Source: Vulcanimicrobiota bacterium
GTDB lineage: Bacteria > Vulcanimicrobiota > Vulcanimicrobiia > Vulcanimicrobiales > Vulcanimicrobiaceae
NCBI GenBank assembly: GCA_003135555.1
Contig: PLCF01000085.1
Coordinates: forward strand, 64,001-128,000
Direction: 5' to 3'
DNA: 64,000 nt
Part shown: piece by piece, positions 1 through 8,710 of the stretch
Layout: the number at the start of each line of letters is the position of its first letter
How positions within the stretch are numbered: position 1 is the stretch's first letter
Notes under the pieces: model-generated
What the model was told of the DNA's origin: nothing
What the model saw: the letters and a program-made list of their open reading frames with translations, nothing else
Database searches by the model: none
Position numbers and translations under genes: made by a program

Positions 1-717
1 CGGGAACGCGAAGTCGAACTGCGCTACTCCCCACGTTCCGTCGGAGTGTCGGCGAACCGTCGCTACGGCTGGACTAGACGTGGGGTTGAGCTCGACGGCG
101 TGGGCCTTGACGAACGGCGTCGCCCACGGGGCGTTCACCGCCGGTTCCCACGTAATGCGAATGCGCGCGGTGACGTCGTTGCGGTATGCTTTCCCGCCCT
201 TGGACGGGCGCGATGCCCATGCGACGTCGCGGGCGTGCAATCGAGAGAAGCAGAGGTAGGGCCACGCCTCGACGTTGTTGCCAAGGTGGTTGTCTTCGTA
301 GTAGTACCGCTCGCCCTCGCGGGTGAGGTGGTAGCGGAGCTGGCCGGGAAGCTCGTCTCGCGCGAGCAGACCCAGGCGAGTCAACTCGTCGAGGACGGCC
401 CCGATTGCGGCCGCGTGGCGATCGTTGGTCCGGGCAGGCAAAACCGCAACCCAGAGGGCCTGGAGTGCAGCGCCCTTGTCGGTCACATCCGCGTTGTAGC
501 CGGGGAAGTACCCGCGCCAGGGGCGGCTGTCTGGGAACCACCCGAGCGGGACGCACTCATGATACTGCGCGTCGATGGTCGACGCGAACTGCCGCAGCAC
601 CGGCTGCGGCGCCGGCGCGGGCGCGTTGCCTCGCACGGCGATGACGATCACGTCGAGCAGGATGAGCAGGCCGAGCAGCGCGGGCGGGTTCGTGAGCAGG
701 CGCCGCAGCGGCGTCAA
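1..717 (-). CDS. hypothetical protein with N-terminal TM anchor (3'-partial, runs off window start)
   Basis: Open frame from TTG at 717 to base 1 (LTPLRRLLTNPPALLGLLILLDVIVIAVRG...YYEDNHLGNNVEAWPYLCFS...); follows the VOC gene on the same strand; absent from ORF track because it has no stop in the window. Confidence 0.7.
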   Translation of the reverse strand, partial: MTPLRRLLTNPPALLGLLILLDVIVIAVRGNAPAPAPQPVLRQFASTIDAQYHECVPLGWFPDSRPWRGYFPGYNADVTDKGAALQALWVAVLPARTNDRHAAAIGAVLDELTRLGLLARDELPGQLRYHLTREGERYYYEDNHLGNNVEAWPYLCFSRLHARDVAWASRPSKGGKAYRNDVTARIRITWEPAVNAPWATPFVKAHAVELNPTSSPAVATVRRHSDGTWGVAQFDFAFP

Positions 718-725
718 CGCGTCCG

Positions 726-1100
726 TTAGCCCGCTTTCAGTTGATGGAGACCGACCTTGTTACCCTCGGGATCTTCGAAGAACGCCATGCGACAGCTCGG
801 ATAGTCGGCGACTTTCTCGTCGGCCGTTTTCGCATGCGTGCGCACGGCCTCGATCGTCGCGTCGACGTCATCGACCTCGAAAACGATGCCGTGATTCGTG
901 CCGGCCGGCTGGTCGAAGAAGCCTACCGGCAACAAGCTGAACCAGTGATCGTTGCCGATGTCGAATTCGACGAACTCCGGCGCATCCTCGCTCGGATGCA
1001 CGCGCCCGACGCGCAGTCCGAGAACGTCCCGATAGAACCTGAACATCTTCGGCACGTCCGCGGCGGAGTACCACGTATAGGCAACAGATCGTACGGCCAT
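726..1100 (-). CDS. VOC/glyoxalase family protein
   Basis: FYRDVLGL, IVFEVDDVDA, AFFEDPEGNKVGLHQ motifs; GGAGG RBS before ATG at 1100. Confidence 0.9.
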   Translation of the reverse strand: MAVRSVAYTWYSAADVPKMFRFYRDVLGLRVGRVHPSEDAPEFVEFDIGNDHWFSLLPVGFFDQPAGTNHGIVFEVDDVDATIEAVRTHAKTADEKVADYPSCRMAFFEDPEGNKVGLHQLKAG

Positions 1101-1157
1101 GCTAGCCTCCTGATGTGACCCTTCGTACCCAGCCCCGCCGATGTCCACACGATCTCT

Positions 1158-2540
1158 TCATGGTAGTGACGGGTTTCCAATTGTCGGCAGACTGCACAGC
1201 GCGTCGGTGTCCCGGCCATCTCTGCGATGCCTACAATAGTTGCGCAACTGCCCGAGTAAATCGCCCGCAGCGTTATCGTAGGAGCGCGGAACGGTCATCG
1301 TTGTCCCTGTATCACCTAATGTGATTCCGGACGTATTGCCCAAGAAATATGTCAAGACATATCCGGCCGTTGTTGCCCCGATGATCGTAGAAAAGGTAGG
1401 TGACATTGACGTTGAAATCGTGGGCGCCGCTTGCACCCACTTCGTCGATTGGTACGTGAGCCATATGCCAATCGGTAGGAACGAGACCCCCGAGCGGTAC
1501 GACTTGCCTTCGGCGTAACCATGCCATACGAGGTTGTTGGGGTACACTGAAGAGGAGGCGGTCGCGTCGGCATCGTCACGCTGGCACTTCAGCAGCGTAG
1601 CGGAGTACTTCACGTACGACCAGCCGCTAACTATCAATAGGGCGAACTGGCCTCCGTTCGTCGTTGTCGATGCATCGATCAGCAGTGCACCATAGGTGCC
1701 GCCCCCGTCGTCACGCGGTGGATCGGCCAAGCATTGGCTATAATAGTTTGACAGCGACCATTGCGTCGCCGGAATAACGAACGCGGGGTCGTCGTGGCCC
1801 GGCGGACTGAGCCGAATCGCAATGTCATAGAGCAGGAGAGCACTGGGATTGTCGATGCCGCCGGTTCCGATAGAAGATGTTGCGGCACCAGAAGTCGCGG
1901 GAGGCGTATTCCCGGCCCCCGTTTGGTTACCGCCGCCGCCCGAATTGCCTCCACCGGTCTGACCGCTTCCGCCTCCGGACCTACCGCCGCCGGACGCCCC
2001 GGCGGAGCCTTGCGAAGAACTCTGCAAGGCGGGGGTCGTTCCTCCAGCAGCCGGAGAGTTCATGATCACGTACAGCACAGGTCTCGTTGCATGAAAGGCG
2101 ACCGTCGGCGGCGGCAGCACCGCGGCCAATGCCGTTTCGGTCGCCACGCAACGTTCGAGTTGATTGAATAGAACGAAAATGTCGGACGCTGTTGGGTTGC
2201 AATCTGCCTGGCCGATGTTCCCGACTTGTGCTTTGATCAAGGACTTCGCAAAGCGCGGAACGGCATCGATGTCGTCTTTGCAAGCGCTGATTCTCGCTAT
2301 TAGAAACGCGCGCTTCTGCTGATCCGTAATTACTAGCTGAGTCGGCGGCGGCGTTGGCGCCGGTGAAGCAACAGGTGAAGCGACTTGAATGAGTTGAAAC
2401 GCGTTGTCTAAACTGCATATCGCCGCGGGCGGCGTCGTGAGCGCTTTCTGCGTATCCGCGATACAAACCGAAGGAATCATCGCGGACGACACCGTGGCGA
2501 AAACGAGAGCGATCCCAATGAATCGCATAGAGCACCTCAC
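1158..2540 (-). CDS. secreted/membrane hypothetical protein with Gly/Ser-rich linker
   Basis: 460-aa ORF, signal-peptide-like N-terminus, GGGSGQTGGGNSGGGGNQTG repeat, hydrophobic C-terminal segments; more AT-rich than flanks. Confidence 0.7.
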   Translation of the reverse strand: MRCSMRFIGIALVFATVSSAMIPSVCIADTQKALTTPPAAICSLDNAFQLIQVASPVASPAPTPPPTQLVITDQQKRAFLIARISACKDDIDAVPRFAKSLIKAQVGNIGQADCNPTASDIFVLFNQLERCVATETALAAVLPPPTVAFHATRPVLYVIMNSPAAGGTTPALQSSSQGSAGASGGGRSGGGSGQTGGGNSGGGGNQTGAGNTPPATSGAATSSIGTGGIDNPSALLLYDIAIRLSPPGHDDPAFVIPATQWSLSNYYSQCLADPPRDDGGGTYGALLIDASTTTNGGQFALLIVSGWSYVKYSATLLKCQRDDADATASSSVYPNNLVWHGYAEGKSYRSGVSFLPIGIWLTYQSTKWVQAAPTISTSMSPTFSTIIGATTAGYVLTYFLGNTSGITLGDTGTTMTVPRSYDNAAGDLLGQLRNYCRHRRDGRDTDALCSLPTIGNPSLP

Positions 2541-2712
2541 CTCTATCGTGCGTTGGGGAAACGGTCACCGGTGTAGAAACCGCGCATTGGTGAAGCTGAC
2601 GGTTGTTTCCTCCGTTCAGCGGACCGAGGGCCTGAGCGTGATGAGAACGCCGGGGCCTCGATGTTCCGGACTTCTTCGCAGCGACCGGACCAGCCGGCGC
2701 TACCGTATCGGC

Positions 2713-3273
2713 ATGGAGTTATCACACGATGGCCCAACCCCGGTGACGCGCCGAGCCAACCTCGGCAGCCGCTCGCTCCGCGCGGCTCTCGTGCAGAAGC
2801 GGCGCTCCACCGCGGCAGCAACCGATCTCGAAACCGCGATCCCGCATACGACGACCTGGCGGTTCGACTCCGGTGACGCTCACTCGGCGCGTGATTCGCG
2901 CATCGCGCTGACGCACTTCATACGGCGACACGCCGAACCCGGCGCGGACCTGTTCGCGACCGAGTTGATCCTCGGCGAGCTGCTCGCCAATACGGTCGAG
3001 CACGCGCCGGGATTCGTCGAAGTTCTCATCGAGTGGCCCGACGAGCAGCCGACCATCCGCGTCCGCGACGCGGGTCCGGGGTTCAAACTCCCGCGCCCCA
3101 GCCTTCCGGACGACCCGTACGACGAAAGCGGGCGCGGATTGTTCTTGATCCAGTCGCTGGCCCCGGACGTGCGCATCGGCCCCGCGCCGGGTTTCGGAAC
3201 CGAGATCAGCTTGACGCTCCCTGTCTCCCGCACGATGGATTCGCGGGATTTTGCGGCCGTGCGCGCTGCCTAA
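2713..3273 (+). CDS. ATP-binding protein, anti-sigma factor/HATPase_c-like (RsbW-type)
   Basis: ELILGELLANTVEHA, VRDAGPGF, DESGRGLFLIQSLA motifs; start uncertain. Confidence 0.8.
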   Translation: MELSHDGPTPVTRRANLGSRSLRAALVQKRRSTAAATDLETAIPHTTTWRFDSGDAHSARDSRIALTHFIRRHAEPGADLFATELILGELLANTVEHAPGFVEVLIEWPDEQPTIRVRDAGPGFKLPRPSLPDDPYDESGRGLFLIQSLAPDVRIGPAPGFGTEISLTLPVSRTMDSRDFAAVRAA

Positions 3274-3295
3274 AGGCCGAGGTTTGCGCCCGCCT

Positions 3296-4387
3296 CTACT
3301 CGCGGTGTCCCAACGGGGGCGTGCCGTTGACGAAGGCGGGCGGGTTTCGGTCATCGAGCTCTGCATAGATCGAAAAGGCGCCGCTGCCGAGCCCGGTTAC
3401 GTCGCGATCCGTCGCGTACGTTCCCCCCGGTGCGACATCATCGGGACGCACGGTCAGGACCTGCAGTGCGCCGCCGGCGAGGGTGACGACCTGCGGCGTC
3501 GCGTTCACCAGCTTGACGCTTACCGGCGTGCGAATTCCGGCCAGGCCCCCGATCGCGATATGCACGGAGACGCGTTCGCCGCGCATCAAGCTGGTTTTCG
3601 GCGCGGAAAGCTTCAACGAAATGACGCTGCACGGTGCAATGACGGCGAGGCGGTTTTCGGTTAGCCGGTACTCGCTCGGGCCGGAGACATTCGGTGCCGG
3701 TGCGACGGCGAGTTTGCGCGGCGATTCGGCGAGCATCTCCGCGGGCTGTCCACCAATCGTCAACGTCGTGTTTGCGAGATCGCCATCGAAGGGACCGTGG
3801 ATCGCAAGCGGCTGCCCTGCCACGACGACCTCCGGGAAGCGGAAGTCTTGCGGCTGCGGCGACGTTCCGGGCCGAGGCTGTTGCGCGTGTGCGGAGAGCG
3901 TGACGCGGCCAACGGCCTTGCCCCGCGCATCCCGAAGGATGAGCTGCATGGTCGATGCGGTGTCCGGCACGCTGAACGTGAGGACAACCAGCGGCGTGGC
4001 TAACGCGCGATGCATGCCGCCGTTCGCCTTCCTCAGTCCGGCGTCGACCACGTACCCTTGCAGCACGGAAGCATTGGCACTGCGTTCGGCATCGGTGCGA
4101 CCGGCCGGTTCGGCAATGACCGTGCCGCTGATGGTGTCGCCGGCGGCCATGTCGTCCGGAAGGTTGACGCGAATGGTCCCCGCCGGGACGCTGAACGGCG
4201 TCGAAGTCATACCCGGCGCGGCCCCCGCCGGGCGCCCCGCGGGCGGCCCGCTGCTCTGCGCGGCGCCGCTACCGGCGACCGCAACGCTGCCGGCGATGCA
4301 CGAAATCAGAAAAACGGCGAGCCAACGCTGCGACAAGAGCGTGCCTCCCAACGATCGTCCGCGCCCAGTGTACTCCTCGGTCGCCAC
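3296..4387 (-). CDS. secreted hypothetical protein, beta-rich (Ig/IPT-like segments)
   Basis: 363-aa ORF with signal-like hydrophobic stretch; [10 protein letters not shown]...[15 protein letters not shown] resembles an IPT/TIG repeat. Confidence 0.6.
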   Translation of the reverse strand: MATEEYTGRGRSLGGTLLSQRWLAVFLISCIAGSVAVAGSGAAQSSGPPAGRPAGAAPGMTSTPFSVPAGTIRVNLPDDMAAGDTISGTVIAEPAGRTDAERSANASVLQGYVVDAGLRKANGGMHRALATPLVVLTFSVPDTASTMQLILRDARGKAVGRVTLSAHAQQPRPGTSPQPQDFRFPEVVVAGQPLAIHGPFDGDLANTTLTIGGQPAEMLAESPRKLAVAPAPNVSGPSEYRLTENRLAVIAPCSVISLKLSAPKTSLMRGERVSVHIAIGGLAGIRTPVSVKLVNATPQVVTLAGGALQVLTVRPDDVAPGGTYATDRDVTGLGSGAFSIYAELDDRNPPAFVNGTPPLGHRE

Positions 4388-4489
4388 CCGGCAAAGACTA
4401 CAGGCTGGACGACGTGTACTTGGGCGTCTCTACCGCGGGGAATTCACGAGCAGGGCGTGGCGCCGGTAGCAGAAAAGCGACCGACCACG

Positions 4490-5245
4490 ATGGTCACGCA
4501 CGCCCTCTCCCGCCGTCTGGCCGCCGAGTTTTTCGGGACGTTCTGGCTCGTGCTGGGCGGATGCGGAAGCGCCGTCCTCGCGGCGGGCTTCCCGAAGCTG
4601 GGCATCGGCTTCGCGGGCGTCGCGTTGGCGTTCGGACTCACGGTGCTGACCGGCGCGTATGCCTTCGGGCCGATCTCGGGGGCCCATTTCAATCCGGCGG
4701 TTACGGTCGGGCTGTGGATCGCTCGCCGCATCCCTTCGCGCGACGTGCCGCCCTACGTCGTGGTCCAGGTGATCGGCGCGATCGTCGCGGCGGGAGTCCT
4801 GTACGCGATCGCGGCCGGCGCACCGGGCTTCAGCACGGCGGGCGGCTTCGCCGCCAACGGTTACGGCGATCACTCCCCGGGGATGTACTCGCTCGTCGCG
4901 TGCATCGTCTGCGAACTCGTCATGACGTTCATGTTCTTGATGGTCATCCTGGGGGCGACCGATGCGCGCGCGCCCGGCGGTTTCGCGCCGCTCGCGATCG
5001 GGCTCGCGCTCACGCTGATCCACTTGATCAGCATTCCGGTCACCAACACGTCGGTGAACCCCGCGCGCAGCACCGGGCCGGCACTCTTCGTCGGCGGTTG
5101 GGCGATCGAGCAACTGTGGATGTTCTGGCTCGTCCCGCTCGTCGGAGCCGCGCTCGCCGGCGCGATCTATCCGCGCGTGTTCGGCGCGCCGGGAATCGCC
5201 CCCGAAAAGCCGGCGCTCGGCGCCGACGGCAGCCCGGCGGGCTGA
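4490..5245 (+). CDS. aqpZ: aquaporin Z
   Basis: [45 protein letters not shown] (two NPA motifs). Confidence 0.95.
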   Translation: MVTHALSRRLAAEFFGTFWLVLGGCGSAVLAAGFPKLGIGFAGVALAFGLTVLTGAYAFGPISGAHFNPAVTVGLWIARRIPSRDVPPYVVVQVIGAIVAAGVLYAIAAGAPGFSTAGGFAANGYGDHSPGMYSLVACIVCELVMTFMFLMVILGATDARAPGGFAPLAIGLALTLIHLISIPVTNTSVNPARSTGPALFVGGWAIEQLWMFWLVPLVGAALAGAIYPRVFGAPGIAPEKPALGADGSPAG

Positions 5246-6727
5246 CTACGGGTGGGCCGCGGCGACCGCGTTCGCCGCGTTGAGCCGCCCCGCGCCCTGA
5301 CGCGTGCTCGAGACGCCGGCGATCGGGTCGGCGGTTTGCTGGAGCAGTTGCAACACGCGTGCCGGCGTGAGCGAGCGCGCTCCGCCGTGAAACGCCTCCA
5401 TCAGCGCGACCGTCCCGGCGACTTGCGGCGTGGCTTGCGAGGTGCCGTTGAACAGGACCCGGCAGACGCCGCCGCTGTTGGTGCAACGATCCGCCGGCAA
5501 CGCCGCGGTGGTGGTCGAATAGCCTTCGATCCAGTGCAGGACGTCGTTGTCGGAAGTCGATGACGCGTCGCCGCCCGGCGCGACGAGCGTCGGTCCGGAA
5601 TTGGAGTAGGACGCGACGGTTTCGGCGACGATCGAGGCATAGAGGTTCGCTGCCGCGTTTTGCACCCCCGACGCTCCGACCGCGACGACGCCGGGATAGG
5701 CGGCCGGAAAATCGGGCTGATTCCCGTCGGTTCCGGGAAAGTCGTTTCCGGCGGCCGCGACGACGACGACCCCTTGGGCGATCGCGAACGCGACGGCATC
5801 CGCTTCGGCCGGATCGTTGCCGCTGCTCTGCGGCGCGCCCAGGCTGAGGCTGATCACCGACGCGCCGTTCGCAACCGCGTCGCGGATGGCGAGCGCTTCG
5901 TCACCGGTGTCGGCGGTCTGACAGTCGCTCGTCGCGGTCGCCGGCGGGAACACCCGGTACGATTGCAGGTGGATCGTGTAGCCGACGCCGGCGAAGCCGT
6001 AGCCGTTGTTCGCGGTCGCCGTCGCGAGGCCGGAGACATTGGTGCCGTGACCGTTGGTGTCTTGCACCGATCCGGGCCCCGTCGCGCGCACCGAGTTGAC
6101 GACGCTCTCGCGCACGTCGAACGTGAGGTCGACGTTGGTCTCGTCGGCGCCGGTGTCGATCACTGCCACCGAGATGTCCGCGCGGCCATGCGTGAGCCCC
6201 CACGCCCCCGGATCGACGTTGGTCCGGGAGAGGTACCATTGGTCGACGTTGTCGAGCAGCGGATCGTTGGCCGACGCGTCGCCGAGCGCGACGCGCACGT
6301 GCAGCGGCTGCACGTCGAGAACGCCGGTGCTGCTCCGCAGCAGGCTCGCCGCCGCCGCGGCGTCGCTCCCCGGCGCGAGCGTGAGAATCCGGCGCGTGAG
6401 GCCGCCCTCGGTGCCTGCATCGACGGAGTCGCCGCCGCGCGCGATCGAATCGATGGTACGAGCCGCGTTCGCCGCGCTTGCACTGCGATACGTCACGTAC
6501 AGACGGTTGGGTGAGATCCACGAACTCGGGGTTCCCGATCCGCGGGCGATTCGTCCGACGGCATTCGGCTCGCGCGCCACGCTCGCACACGTCGACGGTG
6601 CCGCGGTCGGAGCGGGAGTAACCGGCGTCGGAGCCGCGCCGCTGCTGCCGCCGCCTCCGCAAGCGGACAGCACGAGCGCAGCGATGGCGATCGGTGTCGC
6701 TCGGGCGAAGGCGTCTACACGGAGCAT
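5246..6727 (-). CDS. S8 (subtilisin-like) serine peptidase, lipoprotein
   Basis: VAVIDTG, NGHGT, AAAGND, NGTSQATPQVAG catalytic motifs; lipobox LSAC. Confidence 0.92.
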   Translation of the reverse strand: MLRVDAFARATPIAIAALVLSACGGGGSSGAAPTPVTPAPTAAPSTCASVAREPNAVGRIARGSGTPSSWISPNRLYVTYRSASAANAARTIDSIARGGDSVDAGTEGGLTRRILTLAPGSDAAAAASLLRSSTGVLDVQPLHVRVALGDASANDPLLDNVDQWYLSRTNVDPGAWGLTHGRADISVAVIDTGADETNVDLTFDVRESVVNSVRATGPGSVQDTNGHGTNVSGLATATANNGYGFAGVGYTIHLQSYRVFPPATATSDCQTADTGDEALAIRDAVANGASVISLSLGAPQSSGNDPAEADAVAFAIAQGVVVVAAAGNDFPGTDGNQPDFPAAYPGVVAVGASGVQNAAANLYASIVAETVASYSNSGPTLVAPGGDASSTSDNDVLHWIEGYSTTTAALPADRCTNSGGVCRVLFNGTSQATPQVAGTVALMEAFHGGARSLTPARVLQLLQQTADPIAGVSSTRQGAGRLNAANAVAAAHP

Positions 6728-6791
6728 GCCGGCCGAGCGTAACGCGTATTTCTGAGGGGAGCGTGAGGTTTGTCGCGTGATCCTAGACACA

Positions 6792-6818
6792 GAAGGGGAC
6801 GCCTGCGGCGTCCCCTTC
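6792..6818 (-). terminator. intrinsic terminator hairpin after the CHRD-like gene
   Basis: Perfect 12-bp stem GAAGGGGACGCC-tgc-GGCGTCCCCTTC just past the stop at 6840. Confidence 0.7.
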
Positions 6819-6839
6819 GCGGATGTTGCTGCCGCTCGG

Positions 6840-7256
6840 TTACTTCTTGCCGAGTTCGCCGCAGGTCACGTAGACCGGGATCTCTTTGGTCGACTTGTGG
6901 ACGTTGACCGCCAAGCCGCCGGCGACGAGCTGCGACATCGGCACGTCGAGCATCGTCGTCGACATCCCGTCGACGACCGTCGTGAGCGGATACTTCGGTT
7001 TGGGATCGAGCGTGGCGCAGCTGCCGGCGTGGACGTGCGCGGGTTGCGGCACGTCGGTCGGCGCGTTCGCGAGCGCGAGGTCGACGCGCGTCTTGTCGCC
7101 GACGGCGGTCAGCGTCACCGTGCCGAGCTCTCCCGAGCCGTTCTGCGCGGCCAGCGCAAAGATGCGGTGGGGGCCGTCGGCGGCGAGCGCGGGCAGCGCT
7201 ACGGCGAGGGCGGCGATTGCGGCGAGGCCGCCCAGAAAACGGGTGGTACGGATCAC
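6840..7256 (-). CDS. secreted CHRD/Cu-Zn SOD-like fold protein
   Basis: Signal peptide; NGSGELGTVTL, QPAHVHAGSC, AVNVHKS, CGEL pattern; GGAGG RBS. Confidence 0.7.
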   Translation of the reverse strand: MIRTTRFLGGLAAIAALAVALPALAADGPHRIFALAAQNGSGELGTVTLTAVGDKTRVDLALANAPTDVPQPAHVHAGSCATLDPKPKYPLTTVVDGMSTTMLDVPMSQLVAGGLAVNVHKSTKEIPVYVTCGELGKK

Positions 7257-7351
7257 GGATACCTCCTAGCTAAGCTCCTTGGCAACTATAGCAAGCTCAT
7301 GATGAGAAAAGCATGAACCGCCTTAAACGCTCTTATCTGTTGCCGTGCCTT

Positions 7352-7384
7352 TGAGACGTTCCTGAGACGGCCTCCCGCTATGGT
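7352..7384 (+). promoter_or_regulatory. SARP/OmpR-type heptamer direct repeat plus -10 box
   Basis: TGAGACG at 7352 and 7363 (11-bp period), TATGGT at 7379-7384, upstream of DUF1059 gene. Confidence 0.55.
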
Positions 7385-7424
7385 CGCGGTGGCGGGTTCC
7401 TTTTCCGACACCGAGGAGGCTCTC

Positions 7425-7616
7425 ATGGCCGTATCCGTCCGTAAGTACGTCGACTGCCGCGAATTTCCCAGCGAGAACAACTGCTCGCTCAAGATCTCCG
7501 GGACCGAGGAAGAAGTGCTGGCCGCGGCGTCCCAGCACGCCGTTGCAAGCCACGGTCACCAGGCCGGCCCCGAGCTCACCGAGATGCTGCGCTCGGGCCT
7601 GCGCGAGGAACGCTGA
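7425..7616 (+). CDS. DUF1059-like small protein
   Basis: DCRE..C...ISGTEEEVLAAASQHAVASHG; GAGGAGG RBS. Confidence 0.8.
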   Translation: MAVSVRKYVDCREFPSENNCSLKISGTEEEVLAAASQHAVASHGHQAGPELTEMLRSGLREER

Positions 7617-8698
7617 TGGCCGCGGCAACGACGGCGCCCGCGCCTCTGGATGAGGCCAAGCTCAACGCGTTCGTCGGCAAGATGGTCGGCGATGTCGGCG
7701 CGACGCTGACCGGCGCCCTCGTCATCATCGGCGACCGTTTGGGCTTGTACCGCGCGCTGGCCGAGCAGGGACCGCTCACGTCCGAGGCGCTCGCGCAGAG
7801 CACCGGAACGCACGAGCGCTACGTGCGCGAGTGGCTGGCGAATCAAGCCGCCAGCGGTTACCTGGAGTACGACCCGGCGACGCGGCAATTCACCCTGCCT
7901 CCCGAGCACCAGCCGGTGCTCGCCGACGAGACGAGCCCGGTCATGTTGTGCGGGCTCTATCAAATCGCGCAGACGCTCTACGCCGACGAGCCCGCGATCA
8001 CCGACGCGTTCAAGAGCGGTCGCGGCTTCGGCTGGCACGAACACGACTCGCGGCTGTTCGCGGCGACCGAGCGGTTTTTCCGGCCGGGATACAACGCGCA
8101 TCTCGTCGCGGATTGGATCCCGGCGCTCGACGGCGTCGAGGCCAAGCTACGCGCCGGCGCCTCAGTCGCCGACGTGGGCTGCGGGCTGGGCACCTCGACG
8201 ATCGTGATGGCCAAGGCCTTCCCGGCGTCGAAATTCGTCGGCTTCGACTATCACGACGGCTCGATCGCGGCGGCGCGCCGCTCCGCCGAGCGCGCCGGCG
8301 TCGGCGACCGCGTGCGCTTCGAGGTCGCGTCGGCGCAAACGTTCCCCGGCAGCGGCTTCGACTTCATCACCTGCTTCGATTGCGTCCACGACATGGGCGA
8401 TCCGGTCGGCGCGGCGGCGCACATGCGCGCGGCGCTCAAGCCGGACGGCACGTTCATGATGGTCGAACCGTTCGCCAACGACAAGCTCGAAGACAACCTC
8501 AACCCGGTCGGACGCGTCTACTATGCCGCCTCGACCATCTTGTGTACCCCCTCGTCGCTCGCGCAAGAAGTCGGGCTCGGCCTGGGCGCGCAGGCCGGCG
8601 AGGAACGCATGCGGGCCGTCTTCACCCAAGCCGGGTTCACGCAGTTCCGGCGCGCGACCGAAACCCCGTTCAATCTGGTCTTCGAGGCGCGCCCCTAA
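7616..8698 (+). CDS. class I SAM-dependent methyltransferase with N-terminal wHTH (Rv2258c-like)
   Basis: IGDRLGLY, ERYVREWL, VADVGCGLG, FDCVHDMGDP, LGAQAGE; coupled to upstream stop (TGATG). Confidence 0.9.
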   Translation: MAAATTAPAPLDEAKLNAFVGKMVGDVGATLTGALVIIGDRLGLYRALAEQGPLTSEALAQSTGTHERYVREWLANQAASGYLEYDPATRQFTLPPEHQPVLADETSPVMLCGLYQIAQTLYADEPAITDAFKSGRGFGWHEHDSRLFAATERFFRPGYNAHLVADWIPALDGVEAKLRAGASVADVGCGLGTSTIVMAKAFPASKFVGFDYHDGSIAAARRSAERAGVGDRVRFEVASAQTFPGSGFDFITCFDCVHDMGDPVGAAAHMRAALKPDGTFMMVEPFANDKLEDNLNPVGRVYYAASTILCTPSSLAQEVGLGLGAQAGEERMRAVFTQAGFTQFRRATETPFNLVFEARP

Positions 8699-8710
8699 CC
8701 TGCCGGTCCG

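Noticed and set aside
46..729. 227-aa + strand ORF
   Set aside because: Antisense shadow; the minus-strand frame 1-717 has protein-like composition and continues the VOC operon.
1900..2010. Tandem GC-rich repeats as possible CRISPR or VNTR
   Set aside because: They encode the Gly/Ser linker of the 1158-2540 protein; no repeat-spacer periodicity and no cas genes.
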